Source of the DNA: a virus
Taxonomy: Duplodnaviria; Heunggongvirae; Uroviricota; Caudoviricetes
Length of the DNA stretch: 23,101 nt
Strand: one strand, 5' to 3'
IMG/VR virus record: IMGVR_UViG_3300041955_001975
Location: 90,738-113,838 of that record
The notes beneath the pieces are model-generated. The model was not told the origin of the DNA. It worked only from the letters and a program-made list of their open reading frames with translations, and searched no databases. Both the position numbers and the translations under genes were made by a program. Positions 7,803 to 15,824 of the stretch are shown piece after piece (the first letter of the stretch is position 1; each line of letters opens with the position of its first letter).

Positions 7803-9236
7803 CTAGCCGAGAATCTCCACGATCATGCGGAAGGCGAAGTCCTGCAAGTCGCGGGAGCTGTCGCCGGCCTTCGTGATCCAGTGCAGGCACTCTTCCAGGG
7901 CCGTCTTCAGGACCGCCTTGTTCACGCCCTCGCCGCTGGCCTGATCGTCGGCGATGTAGACGCCGGTCTCGTCGCAGAACCCCATCGTCCGGCTGCCGGC
8001 GTTCATGGCGTCCCGGAAGCATCCGACCAGGGGCCTTTCCGTGCCGTTGGTCAGCTTGTAAGTCGTCAACCAGCCCCAGACCGTATTGACAGCCGCCTCC
8101 GCAGCCGGCGTTGCGGGCAACTTCTCGCGGCCCTTCTGCTCGTTCGCCGTGAGCACCTGGACGTCCGTCTTGATGCCGAAGCGGGCCGCCGCCTCAACGA
8201 AACCGGAAGCGAAGACCGGCCTGGCGACATGGCCCTTCCGCTCGACAAACTCGGCAATCGTGGCCGAGGGGCCGCACAACACGGCGTCAGAAGCCACAGC
8301 CTGCCACGCCTGTTGCCAGTTCTTCTGCTGCTCTTCCTTGGGCGTCTCCCATGACGGCAAGATATAATAGGAGTCCAGCACGGCCTCGAAGGCCGGCTTT
8401 TGATCGACCAGGGCCTTGAAGACCGGGACCAGCTCGGCCGCCGACGCCTTGTGGTACAGCTTGGCGACGGCCGCCTTGATCGCGTAGTCGCTGGAGTTGC
8501 GGCACTCGTCGATCTGCAACTCGGCCGCCTTGAAGTTGTAGTCGTAGACCGATTCATCCTTGGTCTCTTCGACCTCGCGGACGAAGACGCCCGCCCGGTA
8601 GATCACGGCCGTGCGAGTGCCACTGAGATTCCGGTCGCCCTTCGGCAGAAACGACTGGCGCACCTGCTCCGGCCGGTCCGAGAAGTGCAGGAAGCGTTTG
8701 GGCAACTCGTCGATGTACCGCTGCACGGTGGGGCTCAGTTCGACGTACACGCGGGTGTAGCCGTCCTTCGCCTTGACCTTCTCCTCCGAGACCGGGGTGA
8801 CGGCCAGCCGGCCGTCTTGCAAGGCGGGGATGAACTCGCCGTTCTCTTCCCGGACGGTCCGGTCGATGGCGTTGCTGATGAACTCGCGCAGCGCCATGCC
8901 CAGATCGGTCCAGTCGATGGCCCCGAAGTCGAGCACCCAGCCCAGGTCGATGGTCCGCGTGGACGTGCCGCCCATCTTGCACACGACGCGCTTGACCGGC
9001 TTGCGGACCAGGCCGTCGTCGATCTCGTCGTCCCGGGTCTGGAAGTCCAGACGGGTCTTGCCGCAGTAGACAAAGACCTTGAGGCCGGCGCGGAGCAGCA
9101 CGTTGATGGCGTGCTTGTTGCCGCTGCCGAATTGGCCGACCGTCCCCTCGACGCCGCAGTCGCGGGTCGTGCTGACGCCAAGCAAGGTAAAGCCTTCGAC
9201 GGGAGCCACGCCGGGATTCTGGATGCAGACGAACAT
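7803..9236 (-). CDS. Circularly permuted GHKL (HSP90/MutL/TopoVI-B-like) ATPase with C-terminal zincin-like motif
   Basis: G1-like IQNPG (5-9), G2 GQFGSG (34-39), then N-box ALREFISNAID (115-125); C-terminal TALEECLHWITKAGDSSRDLQ. Confidence 0.75.
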   Translation of the reverse strand: MFVCIQNPGVAPVEGFTLLGVSTTRDCGVEGTVGQFGSGNKHAINVLLRAGLKVFVYCGKTRLDFQTRDDEIDDGLVRKPVKRVVCKMGGTSTRTIDLGWVLDFGAIDWTDLGMALREFISNAIDRTVREENGEFIPALQDGRLAVTPVSEEKVKAKDGYTRVYVELSPTVQRYIDELPKRFLHFSDRPEQVRQSFLPKGDRNLSGTRTAVIYRAGVFVREVEETKDESVYDYNFKAAELQIDECRNSSDYAIKAAVAKLYHKASAAELVPVFKALVDQKPAFEAVLDSYYILPSWETPKEEQQKNWQQAWQAVASDAVLCGPSATIAEFVERKGHVARPVFASGFVEAAARFGIKTDVQVLTANEQKGREKLPATPAAEAAVNTVWGWLTTYKLTNGTERPLVGCFRDAMNAGSRTMGFCDETGVYIADDQASGEGVNKAVLKTALEECLHWITKAGDSSRDLQDFAFRMIVEILG

Positions 9237-9283
9237 GGAAGCCTCTCGGGTTGCAGATCAGTGTTGTGCTTCGACTATATTAC

Positions 9284-9311
9284 ACTATACCACCAAATTG
9301 GAGAAAGTCAA
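9284..9311 (-). promoter_or_regulatory. Sigma70-like promoter, copy 2
   Basis: TTGACT-TTCTCCAATTTGGTGG-TATAGT, with extended -10 TGn. Confidence 0.85.
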
Positions 9312-9521
9312 ATGCTGCCGCAAGGATTCCCGCGTGGCCACAGCCAGCAGCGGGCAAGGCATTTCCCATAGCGGTAGGTTGGACACGATTGGCTGGCGGG
9401 AAAGCGGGGCGGCTGCTATCTCAAATCTCTATGCCCGTAGTGGGGGAACGACGTGAACCTGAATACCCGGCGAATGTCCTTTCCCGTGGGAAAGGTCATG
9501 CGCATCCGCAAGAGGACGAAA

Positions 9522-10745
9522 ATGGGCACAGAGGCTCACCAGCCGTTAAAACCCGGAATCATCTTCCTGATGGCACTGGGATGCGGGGTAGACGTTGCCG
9601 ACAACTACTACCACCAACCCCTGCTGCCGCAGATGGCTCACGGAGTCCACGTCCCGGAAGAGTGGATAGCCTACCTCCCAGCCCTCAACCAAGCTGGGTT
9701 CGCCCTTGGTCTACTCCTCTTCGTTCCACTAGGCGATCTGTTCGAGCGGCGGCGGTTGGTTGTCCTCTCGCTAGGGGCAGCAGCGATCATGCTCGTCATG
9801 GTAGCGGTCGCCCCGACCTTCTCCATGCTTGCGGCGGCGATCTTCACCTTGGGGTTGCTTGGGGTCGGCGTGCAACTGCTCATCCCCTTCGCTGCCCATC
9901 TCGCCCCGCCCGCCGAGCGGGGCCGAGTCGTCGGGACCGTCATGGGCGGGATGCTGTGCGGCGTACTTCTCTCTCGCACCATTAGCGGTATCGTCGGTGA
10001 TTCACTCGGCTGGCGAGTGATGTACTGGATCGCCGCCGTCGCCACGTTTGGAGTGCTGCTGGTCCTCTGGGCTGTCCTGCCCAAGAGTCAGCCGTCTGCC
10101 CGCCTGCCCTACACGGCGTTGCTACGGTCGATGGTCGTTCTGGTCCGAGAGGAACCCACCTTGCGGGAGTCGTGCCTGTTCGGTGCGGCGACGTTTGGGG
10201 CGTTTAGTGCTTTCTGGGCGAACCTCGCCTTTCACTTGTCCGGCCCGCCGTTTAACTATGGCAGCGTGGTCGCCGGCCTGTTCGGATTGATCGGGGTGGT
10301 CGGGGTCGTCGCCGCCCCGTTGGTCGGACGAGCGGGTGACCGATTGAACGCCCGCCGCATGATCGGCGTGGGGATCGTAATTACCATCTTATCGTTCATG
10401 CTGTTCGGACTCGGCGGGCGGCAACTGTGGGTGCTGATGGGCGGGCTGGTCTTGATGGATTTGGGAGTACAGATAGTCCACGTCTCGAACCAGACCCGCA
10501 ATCAAGCCCTTCGGTCGGACGCCCGGAACCGCTTGAACACGGTGTATATGTTCTCTTACTTCGTTGGCGGCGTGGTCGGATCATCGTTGGGGGCCGCAGC
10601 TTGGGCGGCGGTGGGGTGGGCTGGTGTCTGTGTGGTCGGCATCATCCTCCCGACACTTGCGTTGGGCGTTTTTGTTTTCAACGCCCCGGCCCGACCCAAG
10701 AGTGATGTGACGGAAACGGAAGGCAGAGCCGTTACTGGGACGTGA
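9522..10745 (+). CDS. MFS transporter (cargo gene)
   Basis: About 12 hydrophobic segments; motif-A-like LGDLFERRR and GRAGDRLNARR; AGAGGA SD before ATG 9522. Confidence 0.92.
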   Translation: MGTEAHQPLKPGIIFLMALGCGVDVADNYYHQPLLPQMAHGVHVPEEWIAYLPALNQAGFALGLLLFVPLGDLFERRRLVVLSLGAAAIMLVMVAVAPTFSMLAAAIFTLGLLGVGVQLLIPFAAHLAPPAERGRVVGTVMGGMLCGVLLSRTISGIVGDSLGWRVMYWIAAVATFGVLLVLWAVLPKSQPSARLPYTALLRSMVVLVREEPTLRESCLFGAATFGAFSAFWANLAFHLSGPPFNYGSVVAGLFGLIGVVGVVAAPLVGRAGDRLNARRMIGVGIVITILSFMLFGLGGRQLWVLMGGLVLMDLGVQIVHVSNQTRNQALRSDARNRLNTVYMFSYFVGGVVGSSLGAAAWAAVGWAGVCVVGIILPTLALGVFVFNAPARPKSDVTETEGRAVTGT

Positions 10746-10800
10746 ACTCGAACCAGGCCGCCAACGACAATCAGTGTAACGGCGGGCCGGGCGGCGTGGG

Positions 10801-10908
10801 CTACAGCTTTGGGATGATGATCTTGCTGCCCTGATAGGCACCACGATGGTCCGGGGCTTCAGGCCCGAGGTCGATGACGATGCCGAAGCACGGGAGTGTG
10901 ATGGCCAT
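10801..10908 (-). CDS. 35-aa ORF, possibly a truncated phage gene
   Basis: Not in the ORF track. MAITLPCFGIVIDLGPEAPDHRGAYQGSKIIIPKL*, with GAAAGG SD, directly downstream of 10923-11120. Confidence 0.5.
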   Translation of the reverse strand: MAITLPCFGIVIDLGPEAPDHRGAYQGSKIIIPKL

Positions 10909-10922
10909 TTCTGGGTTGCCTT

Positions 10923-11120
10923 TCACTGAACGATCAGGCCGTCCTCCTGCATCCCCTCGACGATTTGGTCCAGACAGCGGGGTTCACAGGCGACGGAACA
11001 GCCGATCCATTGCCACGGCTCGACGTGAACGTTCTCTTCGATCCACTGGCGGGCGTCGGGCGTCATGGGCGTGAATAGGGCCACTGAGCCATGATTTTCG
11101 ACCAATACGACGGCAGCCAT
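10923..11120 (-). CDS. Small hypothetical protein of a mobile-element type
   Basis: VENHGSVALFTP...WIEENV...EPR...IVEGMQEDGL resembles small MGE proteins I recall; not searched. Confidence 0.75.
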   Translation of the reverse strand: MAAVVLVENHGSVALFTPMTPDARQWIEENVHVEPWQWIGCSVACEPRCLDQIVEGMQEDGLIVQ

Positions 11121-11297
11121 GCGTAAGACTTATGGGGAGGCTGCATTAACCGCACGATTCGAGCGTTCTCACGCCACGCTCCGGCCGAAAGATTGCCGCA
11201 AGTGACTGGTTGACAAGCGGTTAGAGACAGCATCCCCAGCGGGAGCAACCCCTGATGGCTTTCGAGGAGGGGGGATGTTCCCTGCCAGCTTCCAAAG

Positions 11298-11306
11298 TGT
11301 TATCAT
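11298..11306 (+). promoter_or_regulatory. Extended -10 candidate for the cargo gene at 11395
   Basis: TG-T-TATCAT. Confidence 0.45.
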
Positions 11307-11394
11307 ACGCGGGGCGGAGAATGCACGAACGTCGGGAGGATTTTCCGTGTTGATCCCGGTCAAGTATCGCACGCCTTCCAGGGAGGAACCCGTT

Positions 11395-12699
11395 GTGAAC
11401 GCGATAGCGCGCACCGCGATTTTCGTTTCCTGTTTTCTCTGCTTGATCGAGTCCTTTCCGTTGCCAGTGGATGGACAAGAGGGGAAGAAGGCGTCCAATT
11501 CACCACATCATCTCTTTCCCGATTCCCGCGATAAGCCTTTGGCGGGTTGGTCCGGCCCGGTATTTCAACTTAGCCAGGACTACCCAAGCGAGAAACCGAC
11601 AGCGGAAGAGTATCCTTGGAAGAAGTGGGATTTCAAGACGCAGTGGAAGGAGTACATGCGGAGTGTCTTGGACTATTGCCTTGAGGGTAACACCGAAGTC
11701 GATTGGGTCGTGCAGCACAATAAAGTTCGGCGGTGGTATCACGCCCCGTGGATGCACTGGGGACGGAACGGAAGAGAATTCATTCACGGCCTAACCTACG
11801 AAAGGGAGGCGCGGCCCGGCGAGTTATCACAGAGGCAAACTTCGGTATTCCAGAATTGGGCGGTTGGCATCTATAACGGTCCGGGCGGATACGTTATCGG
11901 CAAGGTGTGGAAAGATGCGGAGAATCCCGACCTAGAATCGGCCCGGTTCCCGGATGGAACCGTTAGCATCAAACTGCTTTTTACCCAAGCGCCGGTGGAC
12001 CAAGTTCCATACCTAAAAGCTTCAAAAGAATGGGACGCATACATCTATCTGACGACAACAATACCGCCCGATGCTCAAGGTTCCCGGATGGTCGCATCCC
12101 TGCGGCTGCTACAGGTGGATCTGGCTGTTAGGGATTCTAGGGCGGATGAGACGACCGGCTGGGTATTCGGCACGTTCACCTACAATGGCGAAATCAACGG
12201 CAGAACGCCTTATGATCGACTTGTGCCCGTCGGGCTGATGTGGGGAAACGATCCGCGTGTGACCGTTGCAATGGTGAGAAATGGGACTACCTTGAAGGAG
12301 ACTCGCATCAATCCCTCCACCGACTTACCATTCCAGCATCTTGGATGGGCTGGTCGTCTAAACGGCCCGGTTGATAACCCAATCTCCTCCTGCTTGTCAT
12401 GCCACTCGTGCGCACAATGGCCCGCTGCCGATCCGATTGTTCCTCCCCGGACAGCAAAGCCGGACGCGATCGAGTGGATGCGATGGTTTCGGAATATCCG
12501 GGCAGACGAACCCTTCACCAATGGGAGTCGTTCGCTGGGCTACTCGCTCCAACTCGCAGTTGGAATTCAAAACTTTTACGCCTGGAGAGAAGTGAGTATC
12601 ACCAAAGGTGGCCACTCCAACGGGCCAGGCGCGGTCCAGGATATGAGGCTGGAACACCTTCCTGTGAAAAACTTCCCCTTCAGCAGGTCAGGTGAATAG
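11395..12699 (+). CDS. Exported protein with a single CxxCH (putative mono-heme c protein)
   Basis: GGAGG SD before GTG 11395; signal-peptide-like N-terminus; GRLNGPVDNPISSCLSCHS. Confidence 0.75.
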   Translation: MNAIARTAIFVSCFLCLIESFPLPVDGQEGKKASNSPHHLFPDSRDKPLAGWSGPVFQLSQDYPSEKPTAEEYPWKKWDFKTQWKEYMRSVLDYCLEGNTEVDWVVQHNKVRRWYHAPWMHWGRNGREFIHGLTYEREARPGELSQRQTSVFQNWAVGIYNGPGGYVIGKVWKDAENPDLESARFPDGTVSIKLLFTQAPVDQVPYLKASKEWDAYIYLTTTIPPDAQGSRMVASLRLLQVDLAVRDSRADETTGWVFGTFTYNGEINGRTPYDRLVPVGLMWGNDPRVTVAMVRNGTTLKETRINPSTDLPFQHLGWAGRLNGPVDNPISSCLSCHSCAQWPAADPIVPPRTAKPDAIEWMRWFRNIRADEPFTNGSRSLGYSLQLAVGIQNFYAWREVSITKGGHSNGPGAVQDMRLEHLPVKNFPFSRSGE

Positions 12700-12835
12700 C
12701 GAGACAAACAGAGGACTGAAAATGCCCAACTGCACTGCTCGGCCTTTGCTTTGCACGGGACTCCTGTCCTCGATCGCCTTGATTCACCATTGCGTTAGCA
12801 TCGTCGCTGCTGAGACCAAGAGTGAACCTTGGCAA

Positions 12836-13078
12836 GAGTTGACTTACTTCTCGCGCTGCGTGCTTGAGGGCCGCGAGCCGCAGCCGTCCGGGGCGGAAGG
12901 GCTGGCCGACCTTCGGGTCCAGACGGCCATGCGCCGGTCGTTACGGTCCGGGAAGGTGGAGCAGGTGGACGCCCTCCCGCCGCCCCGGCGGCCGGAGCCA
13001 TCGCAAAAGGTCAAGCTGCCGCCCACTCCCGAGCCGGATTTAATCAAAGTCAAAGCCCCATTCGACCAGTCAAGGTGA
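12836..13078 (+). pseudogene. C-terminal remnant of a Gfo/Idh/MocA (glucose-fructose oxidoreductase-like) gene
   Basis: ELTYFSRCVLEGREPQPSGAEGLADLRV...SLRSGK resembles the GFOR C-terminus; no Rossmann domain upstream. Confidence 0.7.
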
Positions 13079-13083
13079 GACCA

Positions 13084-13106
13084 GCAAAGGGGTCGGACCC
13101 CTTTGC
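13084..13106. repeat. Perfect 10-bp inverted repeat (REP-like palindrome or terminator)
   Basis: gcaaaggggt-cgg-acccctttgc. Confidence 0.7.
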
Positions 13107-13260
13107 GCCGTTCCAGCTTCCACGGTGGTATTATGTGGCGGGTAGAGACTGCACGATCCTCGGGAGGATTACCACCCTTGTCGTCAGTCGCGTGAAGCGA
13201 TACCTTATCCTGTTGAGTTGGAAATGGCTCGGCTTTGAAACGAAGGAAGGCGGATGCGCC

Positions 13261-15009
13261 ATGTACGACCAAATCGTGAAGGAAATCGGCGAGAACAGCT
13301 TCTATCGGGACAATTTCCCAAACGACGGCCAGCGGTTCGTGGCGTGGTATTTGCACCGGGTGCTTCTCCTTGATGTACATCAGACGAGAGCCGCGATCAC
13401 GGATGGCCAGAACGACAAGCAAATTGATGCCATCGTGGTTGAGGATGGCGAAGATCGGCGTATCCGCGTACTTCAGGGAAAGTTTGTCAAGCCGGACGGC
13501 ATCGACGCGGCCCCTCTTCGAGAGGTATTGTCAGCCTGGACGCGCCTCAAGGACCTGCCGAATCTCCAGCTTGAATGTTCCGGCAAGCTGGCGGAGCGTC
13601 TGGAGACCATGCGTCTTGCCCTCGAAGACGAATATGATGTGCAATTCGAGCTACTGACTACGGGCACGCTTACTCCGGCGGCGTCCACGGACTTTGACGC
13701 CTTCAAGCAGGAGATGGCGGAGAACGCCGACTTCAGCGCGGGTCTGACTTTGGTGGACAGTGAATTGCTAGAAACCCGGTTGTCAGAGGCCGAAGAGCGA
13801 GACCTGCCGGAGCTGGCCACTGAAATTGTGGTCGATCCAGATAAGTGCCTCGTCTGCACGGAGGCGGGTGTCCGGGTGGTTCTTACGCTGCTGCCGGTTG
13901 AGCAGTGCCTCAAGCTTCCCGGGATCGTTGATGGGAAGCTCTTCCGGCGGAACGTTCGCCAGAGCCTCGGCACCAGCAACAAGGTCAACAAGGCCATGCG
14001 GGATACCCTGGTACATCCTGAGAAGGCGAAGTATTTCTTCTTCTTCCACAACGGGATCACGGCCCTTTGCCGAAGTTTCTCGCTGTCAGATGACAAGAAG
14101 AAGCTCCGGGTGAAAGCTCTCGCGGTTGTCAACGGTTGCCAGTCGCTTTCGACGATCTATGCGACTTCGGGCAAGGTGGCTAACAAATCGGCGGCTGGAC
14201 GTGGGTCGGTGCTGTTCCGCTTCTACGAAATTCCGCAGTACGACCTGGGCGAAGCGATCAGCATCAACACGAACTCCCAGAGTGCAGTCAAGCCCCGCGA
14301 TTTGCGCAGCAACGACAAGTACATGAGGGAGATTAAGAAGCGATACGAATCGCAGGTGTCCGGTGCGTACTTCATCACCAAGCGCGGCGAGTCGCGCCCA
14401 GCGGATAAAGAGGCTGCCAAGTGCGTCGATTCGCCTGATTACGCGAAGATGGTCGTTTCGTGGCAATGCCAGCGTCCGAATTTGGCGGCCAATGAGAAGA
14501 AGCTCTTCGACGAACTGTACAAGACGGTTTTCCAGCAAGACCTTGGTGCTCAGTCGATTCTTGCGCTCCGGTTGTGGCTGAATGAAATCGAAAAGCACTG
14601 GGCACAACTGGATATAAACGAAGCCATCAAAGCAGTCAAGGGTGCGGCTCGGTTCCACATGCTGTTTGTCATCTCGCAATTGGTGTCTCACGCCAGCAAC
14701 CAGTCCGATAAGGTGCCGCTTCCGGCTGCAACGATGGGTGCCTTGAAATACGCTGGGATGGTGCTGGCGCAGGCCAAGCAATGCTTGAACCAGGCGTTGC
14801 TTCAAGCTGTCAGTCAGAGTGCCGCGTCTGGGAAGGTTTTCAGCCCACAGAATTGGCTCAAAGGCACGAAGTCGGTCAATGACGAGCAACTGGTCGCGGG
14901 GACTATCCTGAGCGTTCTTAGGGGCATTAGCACACCGGAACTCGCTCCGGTGATTTCCAGCCTGACCATTCCACCTGACAAGTTCTATTTCCGTTGGACG
15001 GCGGAATGA
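13261..15009 (+). CDS. AIPR family protein (abortive infection / phage resistance)
   Basis: N-terminal DGQNDKQIDA...LQGK nuclease-like motif; NVRQSLG...VNKAMRDTL...FFFFHNGIT...VVNGCQS...NTNSQSAV...DLRSND. Start re-called to ATG 13261 (GAAGGAAGG SD). Confidence 0.88.
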   Translation: MYDQIVKEIGENSFYRDNFPNDGQRFVAWYLHRVLLLDVHQTRAAITDGQNDKQIDAIVVEDGEDRRIRVLQGKFVKPDGIDAAPLREVLSAWTRLKDLPNLQLECSGKLAERLETMRLALEDEYDVQFELLTTGTLTPAASTDFDAFKQEMAENADFSAGLTLVDSELLETRLSEAEERDLPELATEIVVDPDKCLVCTEAGVRVVLTLLPVEQCLKLPGIVDGKLFRRNVRQSLGTSNKVNKAMRDTLVHPEKAKYFFFFHNGITALCRSFSLSDDKKKLRVKALAVVNGCQSLSTIYATSGKVANKSAAGRGSVLFRFYEIPQYDLGEAISINTNSQSAVKPRDLRSNDKYMREIKKRYESQVSGAYFITKRGESRPADKEAAKCVDSPDYAKMVVSWQCQRPNLAANEKKLFDELYKTVFQQDLGAQSILALRLWLNEIEKHWAQLDINEAIKAVKGAARFHMLFVISQLVSHASNQSDKVPLPAATMGALKYAGMVLAQAKQCLNQALLQAVSQSAASGKVFSPQNWLKGTKSVNDEQLVAGTILSVLRGISTPELAPVISSLTIPPDKFYFRWTAE

Positions 15010-15034
15010 TTAGTAAGCACTCGTAGGTATTCCA

Positions 15035-15133
15035 TTACCTCGCACATGCAGCCGGAATGTCCGGCATGTTCCTGAAGTCATCCGGGTTATACTTGCCGCC
15101 CTGGGTCCGGGCGAGCTTCAGTAGGATCGTCAT
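15035..15133 (-). CDS. 32-aa micro-ORF, possibly truncated at the cargo junction
   Basis: ATGA overlap with the upstream 19-aa ORF. Confidence 0.35.
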   Translation of the reverse strand: MTILLKLARTQGGKYNPDDFRNMPDIPAACAR

Positions 15134-15189
15134 GGCGAGTCGATCTCGAAGGTCACCGTACCGCCTTCGCCAGGGTTTTCCAGCTTCAC
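15130..15189 (-). CDS. 19-aa micro-ORF (MKLENPGEGGTVTFEIDSP)
   Basis: AAGGAG SD; GTGA overlap upstream and ATGA overlap downstream. Confidence 0.35.
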   Translation of the reverse strand: MKLENPGEGGTVTFEIDSP

Positions 15190-15386
15190 CTTCCTCTCCT
15201 TGAATCCACACGATCCGGCGCTCCTGTGCCTCTTTCAAACCGCTCAAGGCCGCGCCGGTCGTCTTCCGCCTCGTCCTTCGTGTCGTAAGGGCCGCAGCCT
15301 GGCGGCTCCATGCCAGGCACACCAGTGATCCACCACTTGCCCTCGATCCTCTTGCACACCATCTTAGGCACTGCATCATTCTTCAT
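15186..15386 (-). CDS. Small phage-type hypothetical protein (66 aa)
   Basis: GGGAG SD; WWITG...CGPYDTKDEAEDDRRGLERF. Confidence 0.7.
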   Translation of the reverse strand: MKNDAVPKMVCKRIEGKWWITGVPGMEPPGCGPYDTKDEAEDDRRGLERFERGTGAPDRVDSRRGR

Positions 15387-15630
15387 GTGCCGTGCTCCCA
15401 GTCTGCGTGTGGCCAAGACGCTTCATGTGTTGCTCAACAAGGTGACGGATACAGTCCAGGCAATACGGCTTGCCGTTCGCCAGTCGCCATCCGTCCCTTT
15501 CCAGGTGGCAGTCCAGTTGACGCACGGCTTCACCCTCGGCCTCCGTGCTGGCATCCTCCACGGTGCCGCAGCCAGCACACGCGATCTTGGCCTTGCACTC
15601 CATCACGATATGGTCGAAGAACTTACTCAT
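15376..15630 (-). CDS. CxxC...CxxC zinc-finger hypothetical protein
   Basis: CAGC ... GW ... YCLDC; ATGA overlap with the upstream gene. Confidence 0.75.
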   Translation of the reverse strand: MSKFFDHIVMECKAKIACAGCGTVEDASTEAEGEAVRQLDCHLERDGWRLANGKPYCLDCIRHLVEQHMKRLGHTQTGSTAHEE

Positions 15631-15824
15631 TGGAAAATCTCCCCAGTGAGGTAGAAGTGGTTGCTGGTGTGCCGACTGAGTTGTTCTTTCAACTCGTTTA
15701 CCCGCCGATTGAGCCCCTCGATCCGGCCGACCAGCGTGTTGATAATGGCCTGGTCAAGCGGGCTGAGCAGCTTCAGATCGTCCTTGAAGGAACGGCCAGG
15801 CCGGGTATCGTCCTGGCTACTCAT
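15627..15824 (-). CDS. Small coiled-coil hypothetical protein
   Basis: GGGGA SD before ATG 15824; heptad-like IEGLNRRVNELKEQL. Confidence 0.7.
   Translation of the reverse strand: MSSQDDTRPGRSFKDDLKLLSPLDQAIINTLVGRIEGLNRRVNELKEQLSRHTSNHFYLTGEIFQ

Noticed and set aside
9450-10747. GACGTGAAC 9-mer flanking the MFS gene as a target-site duplication
   Set aside because: A third copy occurs at 11022-11030 inside a gene and no terminal inverted repeats are present; compatible with chance.
11202-11250. ZTP-riboswitch-like words GTGACTGG ... CGGGAGCAAC
   Set aside because: Lacks the conserved GGCG and its CGCC pseudoknot partner, and the downstream gene is unrelated to purine or folate metabolism.
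13075-13260. ORF-track N-terminal extensions (AIPR from 13075; likewise 11275, 9453, 2813-3520, 5208, 22086)
   Set aside because: Downstream starts have clear SD sequences or coupling, and the extensions overlap promoters, palindromes or neighbouring genes.
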